Below are positions 11,702-24,029 of a DNA stretch of 64,000 nt, piece after piece. Origin of the DNA: Centroscyllium fabricii (Eukaryota); contig JBNRSN020000001.1 of the NCBI GenBank assembly GCA_051313645.2, forward strand, positions 80,166,001 to 80,230,000, in the 5' to 3' direction. The translations under genes were made by a program, and so were the position numbers. The notes beneath the pieces are model-generated. The model made no database searches, was not told the DNA's origin, and saw only the letters and a list, made by a program, of their open reading frames with translations. Position 1 is the first letter of the stretch; every line of letters begins with the position of its first letter.

Positions 11702-11865
11702 ATGGCAGATCGCCGCCCCAGGGAGAGAGCCCGCAGGTTTTCCCATGAAGCTTTGGAGGCATTGGTTTTAGTGCTGGAGAGAAGGCGGGCGGTCCTGTAC
11801 CCACCAACTGGCAGGAGGCCTTCGCCACAAGTCTGCTGCACTATGTAGAGGGAGGTGGCACACCA
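11702..11865 (+). pseudogene. Harbinger Myb/SANT-like ORF remnant
   Basis: MADRRPRERARRFSHEALEALVLVLERRRAVLYPPTGRRP...*REVA. Confidence 0.6.
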
Positions 11866-12104
11866 CATCATGGCCCGCCAATCTGGAAGCCTGATTGTCC
11901 GGCTGCCTCCTCCTTCCCTCCTGTTCCTCATGTTCTTCCTCCTCATCTTCGTGCTCCTCCCTCTGCACACATGTCCCCATCTTTCTCGCTGCCCACATTG
12001 TCTACGCTCCCTCTGTTGTAGATCCTAGAGGGCGAGGTGACATGCCAGTACAGCCCCCATTAATCTTACCAAGTGTTGCAATTTGAATCTTTAAAGATTT
12101 ACAC

Positions 12105-12612
12105 ATAACGGATGGCTCCTTAATGACAAAGGCTACCCCCTGAAGAAGTGGCTAATGACGCCGATCAAGAGGCCAGCTAACGAAGCTGAAGAGCGCTACA
12201 ACGCCAGCCTCACTTTGACCATGTCCATCATAGACCAAACCATTGGGTTGTTGAAGATGTGCTCCTGTTGCCTTGACCAATCAGGTGGAGCCCTGAGTAT
12301 ATACCATACAGGGTCTCCAGAATGGTTGTGGTCTGCTGTACACTGCACACCATCGCACAGCGTTGTGGCTTGCAGTTTCCTGATGAGCAAGTGGCTCAGT
12401 TCCAGCCCTCCTCTGATGAGGATGAGGAGGAGGAGGTGGACGAGGAGGCTGAGAAGGAGGACGATCTGGAGGAGGATGAGGAGGAGGTGGAGCAGGAGGA
12501 AGAGGAGGAGGAGGTCAGAGTGCCGGTGTATCGACCAGCGGCAGTGGCAGCACGCGAGCACATGGCTGCCCGGGATGCAAGGGATGAACTTATCCCGACC
12601 AGATTTGCATAG
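12105..12612 (+). pseudogene. Harbinger (HARBI1-like, DDE_Tnp_4) transposase 3' remnant
   Basis: [18 protein letters not shown]...EERYN...[11 protein letters not shown]...LDQSGGAL...CCTLH, followed by an acidic tail. Confidence 0.85.
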
Positions 12613-12845
12613 GTTGCCCAAGTTGGCACATGTCCTTGGCTCCATCCTAAGACATCATTGACAATGGACATGACTCTCTGGCCTCCTTTCACTCAGGCCA
12701 CGAACCTGACAACGCAAGTGTGCCGGAGCCCGCAATGCAGAGCTGCCTAAGGTGAAAGAACAGATGCCATAACGCCAACATTTTGGCATCAAATCATTTT
12801 AATGCTTTCCAACAGGGATGGCATTTCATCAATACACAGAAACAT

Positions 12846-13031
12846 TCACCCAATCTGCACACAGCTTATATCCCTTGCCAGCTGGACCCACACAACCTTG
12901 GTTTCTTTGGGACGCCTCTTCCTCTGAGATGAGTGGAAGAGCACCTCTATGCTAGCTGTCACCCCCTCAAACAACATTTGCAGCGCCTCATCCGAGAGTC
13001 TCGGGGAGACCCTTGCCTTGGAATTGGACAT
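12846..13031 (-). pseudogene. Harbinger Myb/SANT-like ORF remnant, convergent with the transposase
   Basis: MSNSKARVSPRLSDEALQMLFEGV....EVLF...TKVVWVQLARDIS. Confidence 0.65.
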
Positions 13032-13612
13032 GTTGGGTGCGATTTTCTGATGTCAGAGGAGGTGGGTTTGGAGGCGGGAAAATCAGATTCACTGAGGTCG
13101 GGTTCGGAACCCGCCTCCATGAGATTTTGCTAGTGCCGGTTTTGGAGGTCGGGAAATGGTCCTGTCCCCAGCTGGCCATTCGATACTTGTCATCATTAAA
13201 TGCTCGTTAAGGGCCTCGCTAAGCCTGTTTTGAGAGGCCCTCATGATTTTCTGAGGATTTCGGCGTGCTCTACGCACCTCCTGAACCACGCCAGGTAAAC
13301 CTGGTGGGTTGGCTTGTGGGTGGCCTCCTCACCGCTGCAGGTCTAACGAGACATTGTTTATTGCAGCAAGGATTACTTGCAGGCGCCAGACCTTGGCTTT
13401 AAAAGGTCTCTGAGCACTTTTAGAAGGCCTTCCGAAGTCGGAGGTGCTGCAGCTTGAATCCATCAACTGTGGGACCTCCTTGGAAGACCCTCTCTCCGCT
13501 TGCAATGAGCGCTTCCCCAAAGGAGACATCTGCAAGCAGCAATGGAACCATTTGTTTTCTTTCTGCATGGACCTCAGATGAGGATGAGGACCACCTAGGG
13601 CAGCAGCAGAAC

Positions 13613-13837
13613 CAGGCAGCTCAGGAGCAACACCAGCAGGAACCCCAACCTCCTGCTCAGGCAGCTCAGGAGCAACACCAGCAGGAACCCCAACCTCCTG
13701 CTCAGGCAGCTCAGGAACAACACCAGCAGGAACCCCAACCTCCTGCTCAGGCAACTCAGGAACAACACCAGCAGGAGCCACAACCTCCTGCTCAGGCAGC
13801 TCAGGAGCAACACCAGCAGGAGCCCCAACCTCCTGCT
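13613..13837 (+). repeat. 45-bp tandem repeat x5 (QAAQEQHQQEPQPPA)
   Basis: Unit CAGGCAGCTCAGGAGCAACACCAGCAGGAACCCCAACCTCCTGCT, visible directly. Confidence 0.95.
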
Positions 13838-14587
13838 CAGCCACCTGATGCTGCACAGGGCAGAAGGCACCAGTGCATCGAGGCACCTCGCCGCAGTAGA
13901 TACCCCTGACAGAGGGTTTACAGACAAAGGACGAACTACCTTAACATGAGTGAGCAGCAGTGCCAAAGGATGCTGAGACTTACACGAGATTGTCTGAGGG
14001 GCCCGCGGCCTGCTGCAGCAAGACTTGGTGCCCAGAGGAACGGGTGGCGACCCCTTACCAGTGGCTGTCAAAGTCACCACCGAACTCAACTTCTTTGCCT
14101 CAGGCTCCTTCCGGGGTTCATCAGCAGACATTAGCGACATCTCCCAATCGGCTGCCCACAGTTGCATCACATGTGTTACGGATGCCCTTTTTGCTAAGAC
14201 CCACAATTACATCCAGTTGACAAGGGATCAAGCAAGTATAACTGCCCATTCGGTTGGATTTGCAAATATGGCAGTCATGCCATTGGTGCAGGGCATCATA
14301 GACTGCACACATGTTGCCCTTAGGGCACCCTATTACAATCCAGCTATCTTTGTCAACCGCAAGGGCTTCCACTCCCTCAACGTTCAGCTGGTGGTCTTGC
14401 ATGTTTGCGTCAAGTTCTGTGGAAGTTGCCAAGACTCTTTCATCCTGCGGCACTCTAATGTTCCTCTGCTTTTCAATCCACCAAACAACTTAACAGATGG
14501 CTCCTTGGTGACAAAGGCTACCCCCTGAAGAAGTGGCTAATGACGCTGATCAGGAGGCCAGCTAACGAGGCTGACGAGCGCTACAAC

Positions 14588-14755
14588 AATGATGGCACCG
14601 GAGAATGGCTGACGTCTTGCGGGCTCGTGTGTGCCGGGCAGCTTAATGTCCTTGTTGTGTGGTTGTTGCGCGGTGCGTTCGGATCGCAAATAAGCATTTC
14701 ACTGTCTAGATTGTATTTAGTACATGTGACAATAAAATTGAACTTGAACTTGAAC
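14588..14755 (+). mobile_element. Short retroposed insertion (SINE or LINE 3' end) in the transposase
   Basis: It interrupts CGCTACAAC|GCCAGCC, which is intact at 12195-12210, and ends CATGTGACAATAAAA(TTGAAC)3. Confidence 0.75.
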
Positions 14756-15320
14756 GCCAGCCACACTTCAACCAGGTCCATCATAGAGCAAACCATTGGG
14801 TTCTTGAAGATGCGCTTCCGTTACCTTGTGGAGCCCTGGAGTATACACCATACAGGGTCTCCAGAATGGTCGTGGTCTGCTGTACACTGCACAACATCAC
14901 ACAGCGTCATGGCTTGCAGCTTCCTGATGAGCAAGCGGCTCAGTTCCAGCCCTCCTCAGATGAGGACGAGGATTAGGAGGTGGAGGAGGGTCTGGAGGAG
15001 GAGAAGGAGTAGGAGGAGGTCAGAGCGCCGGTCTATCGACCAGCAGCAGCGGCAGCACAGGAGCACAACTGCCCGGGGTGCAAGGGATGAACTTATCCTG
15101 GCCAAATTTGCATGGGTTGCCCAAGTTGGCACATGTCCTTGGCTCCACCCGAGGACATCATTGACAATGGACATGACTCTCTGGCCTCCTTTCACTCAGG
15201 CCACCAACCTGACAACGCAAGTGTGGCGCTGCCTAAGGCGAAAGAACAAATGGCATAACAGCAACATTTTGGCTTCAGATCATTTTAATGCTTTCCAACA
15301 GGGATGGCATTTCATCGATA

Positions 15321-15770
15321 CAGGTTGAGCACTGTTAATCCGGCACGGTCGGGACCAGGACCATGGCAAATTTTTGAAAACGCCGAATGATTGAAGTTCG
15401 GCGAGCGCATGCGCAGACCATTCAAAATGGCCGCCGTGAAATTTTTCAATGGTCTGCGCATGCGCTCGCCGAGAGGCCCGGGAATGCGCAGCCAAGCATG
15501 ACGTCCATATTGCGCATGCACAGACCAATCGGAGAGGCCCGGGCATGCGCAGCCATCCGCGGTGGCCATTTTGCGCATGCGCAGGGCAGTCGGACAGAGG
15601 CCTGGGCATGCGCAGCCAAGCGCGGCGGCCGTTTTGCACATGCGCAGACCGGTCGTGCAGAGGCCTGGGCATGCGCAGCCAAGCGCGGCGGCCGTTTTGA
15701 GCATGCGTGCACCAGTCGGCCAGATTCGTGCCGGACGTTTGAAGTTGCCGGACAAACGGTGCTCAACCTG
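15321..15770. mobile_element. Tigger/pogo-like MITE
   Basis: TIRs CAGGTTGAGCACTGTTAATCCGG and CCGGACAAACGGTGCTCAACCTG, inserted after TA. The empty site is visible in the paralogue at ~12830. It has internal ~63-bp repeats. Confidence 0.8.
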
Positions 15771-15779
15771 CACACATAA

Positions 15780-15972
15780 ACAGTCTCCCAATCTGCACAC
15801 AGATCTGCAGCTTATATCCCTTGCCAGCTGTACCCACAGAGGTTTCTTTGGGAGGCCTCTTTCTCCCAGATGAGTGGAAAAGCACCTCCATGCTCGCTGT
15901 CACTCCCTCAAACAACTTATGCAGCGCCTCATCCGAGAGCCTCAGGGAGCCCTTGCCTTGGAATTGGACATA
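15780..15972 (-). pseudogene. Harbinger Myb/SANT-like remnant, paralogue of 12846-13031
   Basis: LRLSDEALHKLFEGVTASMEVLFHSSGRKRPPKET. Confidence 0.65.
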
Positions 15973-16274
15973 GTGGTTTCTCAAAATATGTTGCAGGTGG
16001 TGCAGCATAGGCAGAAATCCTGTAGAATGAGCCATGAGAGAAAGAAGCCATAAAATCAGACTGGAAAAGTGCTGTCAACAGAGGCGAGTTTCAGTCCCAA
16101 AACACTAATTGACCAAGGGCATCCCACACCTCTGAAATAAAGTGGCCAATCATGGGAAAAATCACTTTTTTTTAAACTATCGGTGGATGCGGGTTTCAAA
16201 CCCACCCAAACCGAAACCCGCCTCCATCTCGCCTCCAGTGGGAAAATCGCCCCCCACATTACAGGAAAGGAAAG

Positions 16275-17205
16275 AGGACAGAGGAGATTTATGAGGATGT
16301 TGCCAGGACTAGAGAATTTTATTTATTGGGAAAGATTGTAGAGGCTGGGGTTGTTTTCTTTGGAGCAGAGGAGGCTGAGGGGAGAGCTGATTGAGGTTAT
16401 AAAATGATGAGGGGCCTGGATAGAGTGGATAGGAAGGAGCGATTTCCCTTAGCAGAGAGGTCAATAACCAGGGGGCAGAGATTTAAAGTAACTGGTCGGA
16501 GGTTTAGAGGGGAGTCGAGGAGAAATGTTTTCACTCAGAGGATGGTGGGGGTCTGGAACTCACTGCCTGAAAGGGTGGGAGAGGCAGAAACCCTCATCAC
16601 ATTTAAACAGTACTTGGAAATGCACTTGAAGCGCTGTAACCTACAGGGCTACGGACCAAGTGCTGGAAAGTGAGATTAGGCTGGAGAGCTCTTTGTCGGC
16701 CGACACGGACGCGATGGACCGAATGGCCTCCTTCTGTGCCATAAACTTCTATGATTCTTTGATTCTATGAGGAGAGATTGAGTAGAATTGGCCTATATTG
16801 CTTGGAGTTTAGAAGAATGTGAGGTCATCTAATTGAAACGTATACATTTTTTAGGGGGCTTGACAGGGTCGATGCTGAGAGGTTGTTTCCCCTGGCTGGA
16901 GAGTCTAGAACCAGGGGTCACAGTCTCTGAATAAGTGGTCGGCCATTTAGGACTCAGATGAGGAGAAATTTCTTCACTCGGAGGGCGGTGAATCTTTGGA
17001 ATTCTCTACCCCAGAGGACTGTGGAGGCTCAGTCGTTGAGTATATTCAAGATCAAGATTGATAGATTTTTGGACTCTCGGGGAATTGAGGGATATGGGGA
17101 TCGGGCGGGAAAGTGGGGTTGAGGTCGAAGATCAGCCATGATCTCATTGAATGGCGGAGCAGGCTCGAGGGGCTGAATAGCCGACTCCTACTCCTATTTG
17201 TTATG
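16275..17205 (+). mobile_element. Two tandem CR1 3' fragments
   Basis: ORF2 C-terminal motifs in each. One ends in a (ATTCTATG)n tail at ~16770 and the other in a GATCAGCCATGATC tail at ~17130-17205. Confidence 0.88.
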
Positions 17206-17368
17206 ATCTTATAAATGGTATCCATGCACAGATTACTGACTTTGTTGCAAATACGGAAGAAGAGTGTGCACTTCAAAGCTATCTCAGTGTTATGTTCTCA
17301 GCCAGGCATCGAGCGGAGGGGATAATGAGTAAAGATCCAGTGGCATTCTGGGTTAAAGCACCAACATA

Positions 17369-18252
17369 GGGGTCAATTTTCCTCAAGGTGTGGGGAATTG
17401 GTGGGTTTCCCGCTGATCACGCTTTCTGAAGGGTGTGGGAGCCCCACACAAATTTGGCTCAATTGGCCAATTAAATCCCTGTGTGTGGGAAGCCCCTGCC
17501 AATTGATTGATTTAAGATAGAAAGCCGGTGGGGTTCCCACTGTGTAACCAGAGCCCATGATTGACAGCTCTAACTAGTCTGGTCTGTTTCTTTCTGTTGT
17601 TTCAGTGGATTGTGATGTCACAATCCATTGTCAACAGAAGCTAACCGCAAGTCGATGATTGACAGCTCTAACTAGTCTGGTCTGTTTCTTTCTGTTGTTT
17701 CAGTGCATTGTGATATATCAATCCACTGTCAACAGAAACTAACTGCAAGTCGATGATTGACAGCTCTAAGTCGTTTGTTTCACTGGCAGGCTCCTGACAT
17801 CTATAACGCCTATCTATCAATCACTAGAAAGCAGCTGGAAGGTAAGTTTTTGAAAGGTTTTTCCCCACTAATCATGGGCACCCTAGGGAGACAGTTAGAC
17901 CGCCAGCATGCTGGAGGCCAGGAAGCCATTCTGCTACAGGTGCTTCAATGCCTTGAAGGTGAAAGTCAGCAAACCAAATATGTCCCCGTTAGGTTTCACT
18001 GGCAGGGTTTCCAGATGGTGGGTTTTGCGTGGAAAAAGGCTTAAAATTGCATACCAGTTAAGGGTCCCTAATGAGTCGAACGACCATCCCCGCCGATGCC
18101 GGGTGGGACTGAAGCGGACCGATCGGACGCGCCGGGCTGAAACTGACAAGCTGGCAGGAAACTGGTGGGAGGGGTTGTGACCCCCCGTTTTTACGATTTT
18201 CCCTCCCCGGCTGCTGAAAAAGCCGCCTGTCGGCTTCAGGAAAATTGACCCC
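17369..18252. mobile_element. Harbinger-like MITE with internal ~99-bp tandem duplication
   Basis: Perfect TIR GGGGTCAATTTTCCT / AGGAAAATTGACCCC. The duplication lies at ~17558-17770. Relatives are at 24030-24905 and 41355-42155. Confidence 0.8.
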
Positions 18253-18282
18253 AAAGAGTTCATGGTGACATAAAGCATCATA

Positions 18283-18665
18283 CAGCATAGAGGGAGGCCA
18301 TTTGGCCCATCGTGCCTGTGCCGGCTCTTTGAAAGATTCTCTCCAATTAGTCCCACTCCCCCCTGCTCTTTCCCCAGAATCCTGCACATTTTTCTCATCA
18401 AGTATTTCACCAATTCTCTTTAGAAAGTTACTATTGAATCTGCTTCCACCGCCCTTTCAGGCAGCGCATTCCAGATCACAACAACTCGCGCAAAAAACAT
18501 TCTCCTCATCTCCCCTCTGGTTCTTTTGCCAGTCACCTTTAATCTGTGTCCTCTGGTGACCGACCCTCCCGCCACTGGAAACAGCTTCTCCTTTATCTGC
18601 TTTTTCAAAATCCTTTATAATTTTTAACAGCTCTAGTAAATCTTCCCATAACCTTCTCTGCTCTA
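18283..18665 (-). mobile_element. CR1/HER1 3' fragment
   Basis: KLFPVAGGSVTRGHRLK...IWNALPERAVEADSI plus the HER1 tail. Confidence 0.85.
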
Positions 18666-19410
18666 ATGTCTCAGATTTTTAATTTCCCTCATTACTGTGA
18701 ATTATCATATTTCAGAGCAATGAAACCAGTGATAGAAGCCAGCCATTCAAAGTCAAAATGTTAATATGATAAATTCAGACAATGTGACTTAATTTGCAGT
18801 TGTATATTTTTATTTCAGTGGTGTCAGAATCCCTTTAGCCGTTATAAATTGTTATTTCGAACACCAGCAGGTCTCCGGTGGGATTGTTCACGGTGAAGTC
18901 AAATCTTATGCTGTTGTTGCAATGACAGGAGGGTCATACCATGCCATTGAAAGAAAGAAATCAGGAACTTGCATTTTTATAGCGCCTTTCACGATTTCAG
19001 GGCATTCCAAAGCGCTTTTAAAGTATAGTCACTGTTGTAATGTAGGAAACGCAGCAGACAATTTGTGCACAGCAAGCTCCCACAAACAGCATTGTGACAG
19101 TGACTCGATAATATTGGGCTCCTTTGCACCTCCCGTTAGCACCTCCGAGGGGCGCTAACGGGGTGCAAATGAGTTTACTTCCAGGCACAGCGATATCAAT
19201 GCCTCCCGCTAAATTCAACAGTAGTTTTGCGGCGGCGGTAAGACATTGCACCTAGATCTCCTGCGCCCAGAGATCGTGACGTCATTGCCAGATCTATTCC
19301 AGCCACCACATCAAGCTTGCACTGACTGCTGGGAGACAAGGGTTATCTGCTCTCCACCTGGTTCAGGACTCCCCTCCACACCCCCAACACTCCTGGCCAG
19401 CAATCGTATA

Positions 19411-20159
19411 GGCCCAGAAATTAGCCTTGGAGCCTTCCTGCGAGTGCAAGGCTCCAAGGTACACTTACCCTGCACTTCTGCCGTTTTGCAATTATGGGAT
19501 GTGAAATCCCGAGTTGTACAGCTGCTGCAAGCTCCAGGCGCCGTGATGAGGCAACTGAACGGCGTAGTTAGTGGGAGATCTCGTGCGGGACCATGTGATC
19601 TGCAGGGAGCCAATCAATGGAAGCAATCCTCCATTCATAACTTACACGGGGAAATCTGTGTAAGTTATGAAAAGGAAGAGCTTCAAAATACATCTAAACA
19701 CAAAAATAAAATTTAAAAAACACCACATTTTTTAACAATACTCTAACTAACATAAAGTACCTATTTTAAAGAAAAAAGTTAAAATTTAGAAAAAAAAATT
19801 AACATTTTTAACTGGCCTAAAAGAATACTTACCTGTCTTTAAAGTTAAAAAAATTAAAACCCTGTAAAAACAATACTTAAATTGAATAAAATAAAGACTT
19901 ACCTGCTAAAAATGGGTGGTTACGGCTGATATTTTTAAGTGTAAAATCTTCCATACCCCGATAAAAAACTCGGAATAAAAATCGGAAGTGCACGGTGCAC
20001 CTCCTGGTGCGCAGGCGAATGCGATCCAGCTCGCGATCCCCCGCTGGACGCCTTCAGAATTGCAGGTAGCAGCGGGAAACGGCTGACCCTGCAATTCGGA
20101 ACGCGGGTGCGCGAATACCCGGCTCCAAAACCTCCCGCGCTCATCGGGATTTTTGGCCC
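19411..20159. mobile_element. Harbinger-like MITE with AT-rich core
   Basis: Ends GGCCCAGAAATT and ATTTTTGGCCC. Paralogues are at 34377-39554 and 43014-43770. Confidence 0.7.
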
Positions 20160-20460
20160 AAAATGAGAGCCAGGCTGCCACCAGGAACATCGTTCAGCAG
20201 ACCATTGGAGTGCTCAAGCAACGGGTCCGCTCCCTTGACCGCTCTGCTGCATGCTGAAAAACGTCGCCATCATGAGGGCCCAGCCATTGCCACCCGGCAT
20301 AGCCGCACCTCTTCAGGAGGAGGAAGATGATGATGAGGAGGAGGAGCAGGAAGAAGAGGAGCAGGAGGAACAGGAGGACGAACAGCAGTGACGTAGGAGG
20401 CAGCCACTCAATCGGTGTTCTGCAGGGTCGGTCCGTGACCGCCTCATCAGACTTCATTTC
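20160..20460 (+). pseudogene. Harbinger transposase C-terminal remnant
   Basis: NESQAATRNIVQQTIGVLKQRVRSLDRS followed by a GAG-rich acidic tail. Confidence 0.6.
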
Positions 20461-20644
20461 CAGTGACTTTGAGTCCTTGTTCTGGTTGCTGAGCACATCG
20501 CCACCATTCCATCACTTTGTGATTTCATACCACACCCTAGAACTGAGACATGAGACACAGCACCAAATCTGCAACATTCCAGTGATAAATTTATCAACAT
20601 TCAGTGAACATATATATAAACAACAATATTAACTAATCACCAAT

Positions 20645-21620
20645 TAAATATTGGGAAGACCAAAGCCATTGTTTTCAGTCCCACATCGTTACCTCTGGTG
20701 TCCCCCGAGGATCTATCCTTGCCCCCCTCCTATTTCTCATCTTCATGTTGCCCCTTGGCGACATCATCCAAAATCACAATGTCAGTTTCCACTTGTTCGC
20801 TGACGACACCCAGTTCTACCTCACCACCTCTTCTCTCGACCCCTCCATGTTCTCTAAATTGTCAGACTGCTCGTCCGACATACAGTTCTGGATGAGCAGA
20901 AATTTGTTCCAATTAAATGTTAGGAAAACCGAAGCCATTGTTTTCAAAGCCACTGACTCCACCCCTCTCCCAAACATCTGTCTGAGGCTGAACCACACTG
21001 TTCGCAACCATGGCATCATATTTGACCCTGAAATGAGCTTCTGACCTCATATCCGCAGCATAACTAAGACCGCCTACTTCCACCTCCGTAACATCGCCCG
21101 TCTCCGCCCTTGCCTCAGCTCATCCGCTGCTGAAACCCTCGTCCATGCCTTTGTTACCTCGAGACTTGACTATTCCAACACACTCCTGACTGGCCTCCCA
21201 CATTCCACCCTACGTAAACTTGAGGTGATCCAAAACGCGACTGCCCGTGTCCTAACTCGCACCAAGTCCAATTCACCCATCACCCCTGTGCTCGCTGACC
21301 TACCCCCTCCCTATCTCTGTAATCTCCTCCAGCCCCACAACCTCCCGAGATATCTGCGCTCCTCTAATTCTGCCCTCTTGAGCATCCCTGATTATAATCG
21401 CTCCACCATTGGTGGCCGTGCCTTCTGTTGCCTGGGCTCTGAGATTACCGCCCTAAACCTCTCACCTTAAAACCTACCTCTTTGACCAGGCTTTTGGTCA
21501 CCTGTCCTAATTTCTCCTTATGTGGCTCGGTGTCAAATTTTTTGTCTTTTGAATACTCCTGTGAAGCGCCTTGGGACATTTGACTATTTTAAAGGCGCTA
21601 TATAAAAACACGTTGTTGTT
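20645..21620 (+). mobile_element. L2-clade LINE 3' fragment
   Basis: SGVP.GS, FADDTQ, KTEAIVF, HAFVTSRLDYSN and IQNA motifs, with tail GTGAAGCGCCTTGGGAC...AAAGGCGCTATATAAA(TTG)n. Confidence 0.88.
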
Positions 21621-21646
21621 GCACTGGGATTGTCAGGCTAGAGCAA

Positions 21647-21963
21647 GGGTGGCACGGTGGCACAGTGGTTAGCATTGTTGCCTTACAGCACTAGAGACCC
21701 GGGTTCAAATCCGGCCTCGGGTACTATCTGTTTAGAGTTTGCACATTCTCCCTGTGTCTGCGTGGGTTTCCTCCGGGTGCCCCGGTTTCCTCCCACAGTC
21801 CAAAGATGTGCGGGTTAGGTTGATTGGCCAGGATAAATTGACCCTTAGTGTTAGGGGGATTGAATATGTGGGGTTACGGGGATAGGGTGGGATATGTGTC
21901 GGTGCAGGCTCGATGGGCCGAAATGGCCTCCATCTGCACTGTAGGGATTCCATGATTCTATGA
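21647..21963 (+). mobile_element. HE1-type V-SINE nested in a SacSINE1-like DeuSINE fragment
   Basis: Full head, V-domain and short tail. The flanks (21620-21646 and 21964-22020) are DeuSINE 5' sequence on the minus strand. Confidence 0.88.
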
Positions 21964-22595
21964 AGACTTGAACCCACAACCTTCTGACCCAGGGGCGAGT
22001 GTGCTACCCACTGAGCCACAGGTGACACAATTGATACAGATCGATTTTGGAGGGAAGCTCGCTTAAAAGCTTCTGGCTGCAACTCATTCTGAAAGGAAAA
22101 GACAGACCTGCATTTCTGTAGCGCCTATCACAAACTCAGGGCGTCCCAAAGCGCTTCACAGCCAATGAAGGACTTTTTGAAATGTGGTCACTGTTGTAAC
22201 GTGGGAAACGCGGCAGCCAATTTGCGCACAGCAAGCTCCCACAAACAGCAACGCTTATAGTGACCAGATTAAAACCGCACCCAGCAAAAACAGGTCTCTA
22301 GTCGGCCCCTGATTGTCGGTTTCAGGCTGGAGGCTGGATCTGTGGGTCGGAAGCCATCGGCATTTGACAATAGTTTTGCTTCTTTAACAAAGGTCGATGT
22401 TTGCGTGTGCATTGGCACTTTCCCAGAAAGAAATTCACTCTTGGGATGTGGGCAGAGCTGGCAAGGCCAGCATTTATTGCCCATCTCCAGTTCTCCTAAA
22501 AAGCAGTTTTGGCACAACTGAGTGGATCACCAGACCACTTCAGAGGGAGGTTAAGAGGGTCAACCACATGGGTGCGGGACTGGAGTCACCTGTAA

Positions 22596-22965
22596 GGACG
22601 ACACGGTGGCGCAGTGGTTAGCACTGCTGCTTCGCAATAAGGAGCTCCTGGGTTCGAATCCTGCTTGGCCCCGGGACCGCTCTGCGTGGAGTTTGCATGT
22701 TCTCCCCGTGTTCGTGTGGGTTTCCTCCGGGTACTCCGGTTTCCTCCCACCATCCAAAGACATGCAGGTTAGCTGAATTGGAGATACTAAAAATTGCCCA
22801 TGAGTATGTGTGTGAGATATAGTTCTTAGAGTTGGGGGTGTCGGGGGATATGGGGAGTCGGTAGGAGTGAGGTGCTGGGTTTGGATGATCAGCCATGATC
22901 TCATCAAAATGGCGGAGCAGGCTCGAAGGGCCGAATCTCCTACTCCTATCTTCTGTGTTTCTGTG
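22596..22965 (+). mobile_element. V-SINE variant with CR1 tail
   Basis: GTGGCGCAGTGGTTAGC A-box, GGTTCGAATCC B-box, V-domain and GATCAGCCATGATC tail. Confidence 0.85.
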
Positions 22966-23579
22966 TAGGCCCAGACCGGATAGGACAGCAGGTTCCTTCC
23001 CTAATAACTGATATAAAAATGATTGCATTTTAAAACGCTTGTGTTCTGATCTGGTTCTCGTGTTCCCCTGTTTGCCAGTAATCCTAAATGCCTTAAGTTG
23101 GACTGTTTCCTGTTCAGTAGATTTTCTAAAATAATTGATATGCTTTCCTGTCGTTGATTTAGTGCAATTTCTTTGTTTTAAATGAAAACATAATGTACAA
23201 AGCGTTTTTCAAAGAGGATTTTGGACTTTGGATTTGCAATCGTGAATGGATTTGATTGTTATAGAACTCCACTGTTAATCTTGTATATATAATTATCCAG
23301 GCAGAGTTACCTCAAGGCAAAAGAAAATGAGTTCTTGCCTTTTCACATTGTGACTTTCATGATTCGACTGAAGAAAATAACTTGGCCATCAAATAGTCTT
23401 TTAATGAATAAAACGTTGTTCATTAAAGCACTTTTTAATCATGCTTAAGGTGTAGGCTGTGCTTTAGTATATCCGTTCTGAAGAGTTGCATCTAGCCCCG
23501 GGTTCGATGCTCATAAATCAATGTCCAGGTATTTTACTTGAACTATAAAAGTATGAATATTAGAATCAGTTTGCCATAA

Positions 23580-23970
23580 GAAAGAATGAACTTGCATTTC
23601 TATAGCGCCTTTCACAGGCATCCAATAGCGCTTTACAGCCAAGTAAATACTTCTGAAGTGTAGTCACTGTTGTAATGTGGGAAACATGGCAGACAATTTG
23701 CGCACAGCAAGATCCCAAAAACAGCAATGTGATAATGACCAGATAATGTTGTTGGGTTGAGGGATCAATATTGGCCAGGACACTGGGGAAAATTCCCCAG
23801 CTCTTCTTCAAAATAGTGCCGTGGGATCTTTTATGGCCACCTGAGAGAGCAGACGACGCCTCGTTTTAATGTCTCATCCGAAAGACGGCACCTCCGACAG
23901 TGCAGCATTCCCTCAGTACCACACTGGGTGTGTCAGTCTAGATTACGGCTCAAGTCTCTGGAGTGGGATG
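23580..23970 (-). mobile_element. SacSINE1-like DeuSINE
   Basis: Deu-domain (GCTGCACTGTCGGAGGTGCCGTCTTTCGGATGAGAC...AAAGATCCCACGGCACTATTTTGAAGAAGAG) plus an L2-type tail. Further fragments at ~18965-19100, 22100-22270, 29135-29340, 31470-31615 and 49800-49892. Confidence 0.8.
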
Positions 23971-24029
23971 AAGATGTAATCTTCAGACATATAGTTTCAT
24001 ACCAATGCTTGAGACAAGTCCTGACAGTT

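Larger units (their letters stand above)
13566..15120 (+). pseudogene. Near full-length Harbinger transposase pseudogene
   Basis: YLNMSEQQCQRMLRL, LNFFASGSF, ISQS, GIIDCTHV, NRKGFHSLNVQLV, GDKGYPL and [14 protein letters not shown] motifs. It has frameshifts, stops and a SINE insertion. Confidence 0.9.

Noticed and set aside
14025-14528. Host HARBI1 gene
   Set aside because: Frameshifts, stops, insertions and multiple paralogous fragments indicate transposon remnants, not the domesticated gene.
18819-18892. Candidate plus-strand exon with a good acceptor
   Set aside because: Weak donor, two open frames, and no recognisable product.
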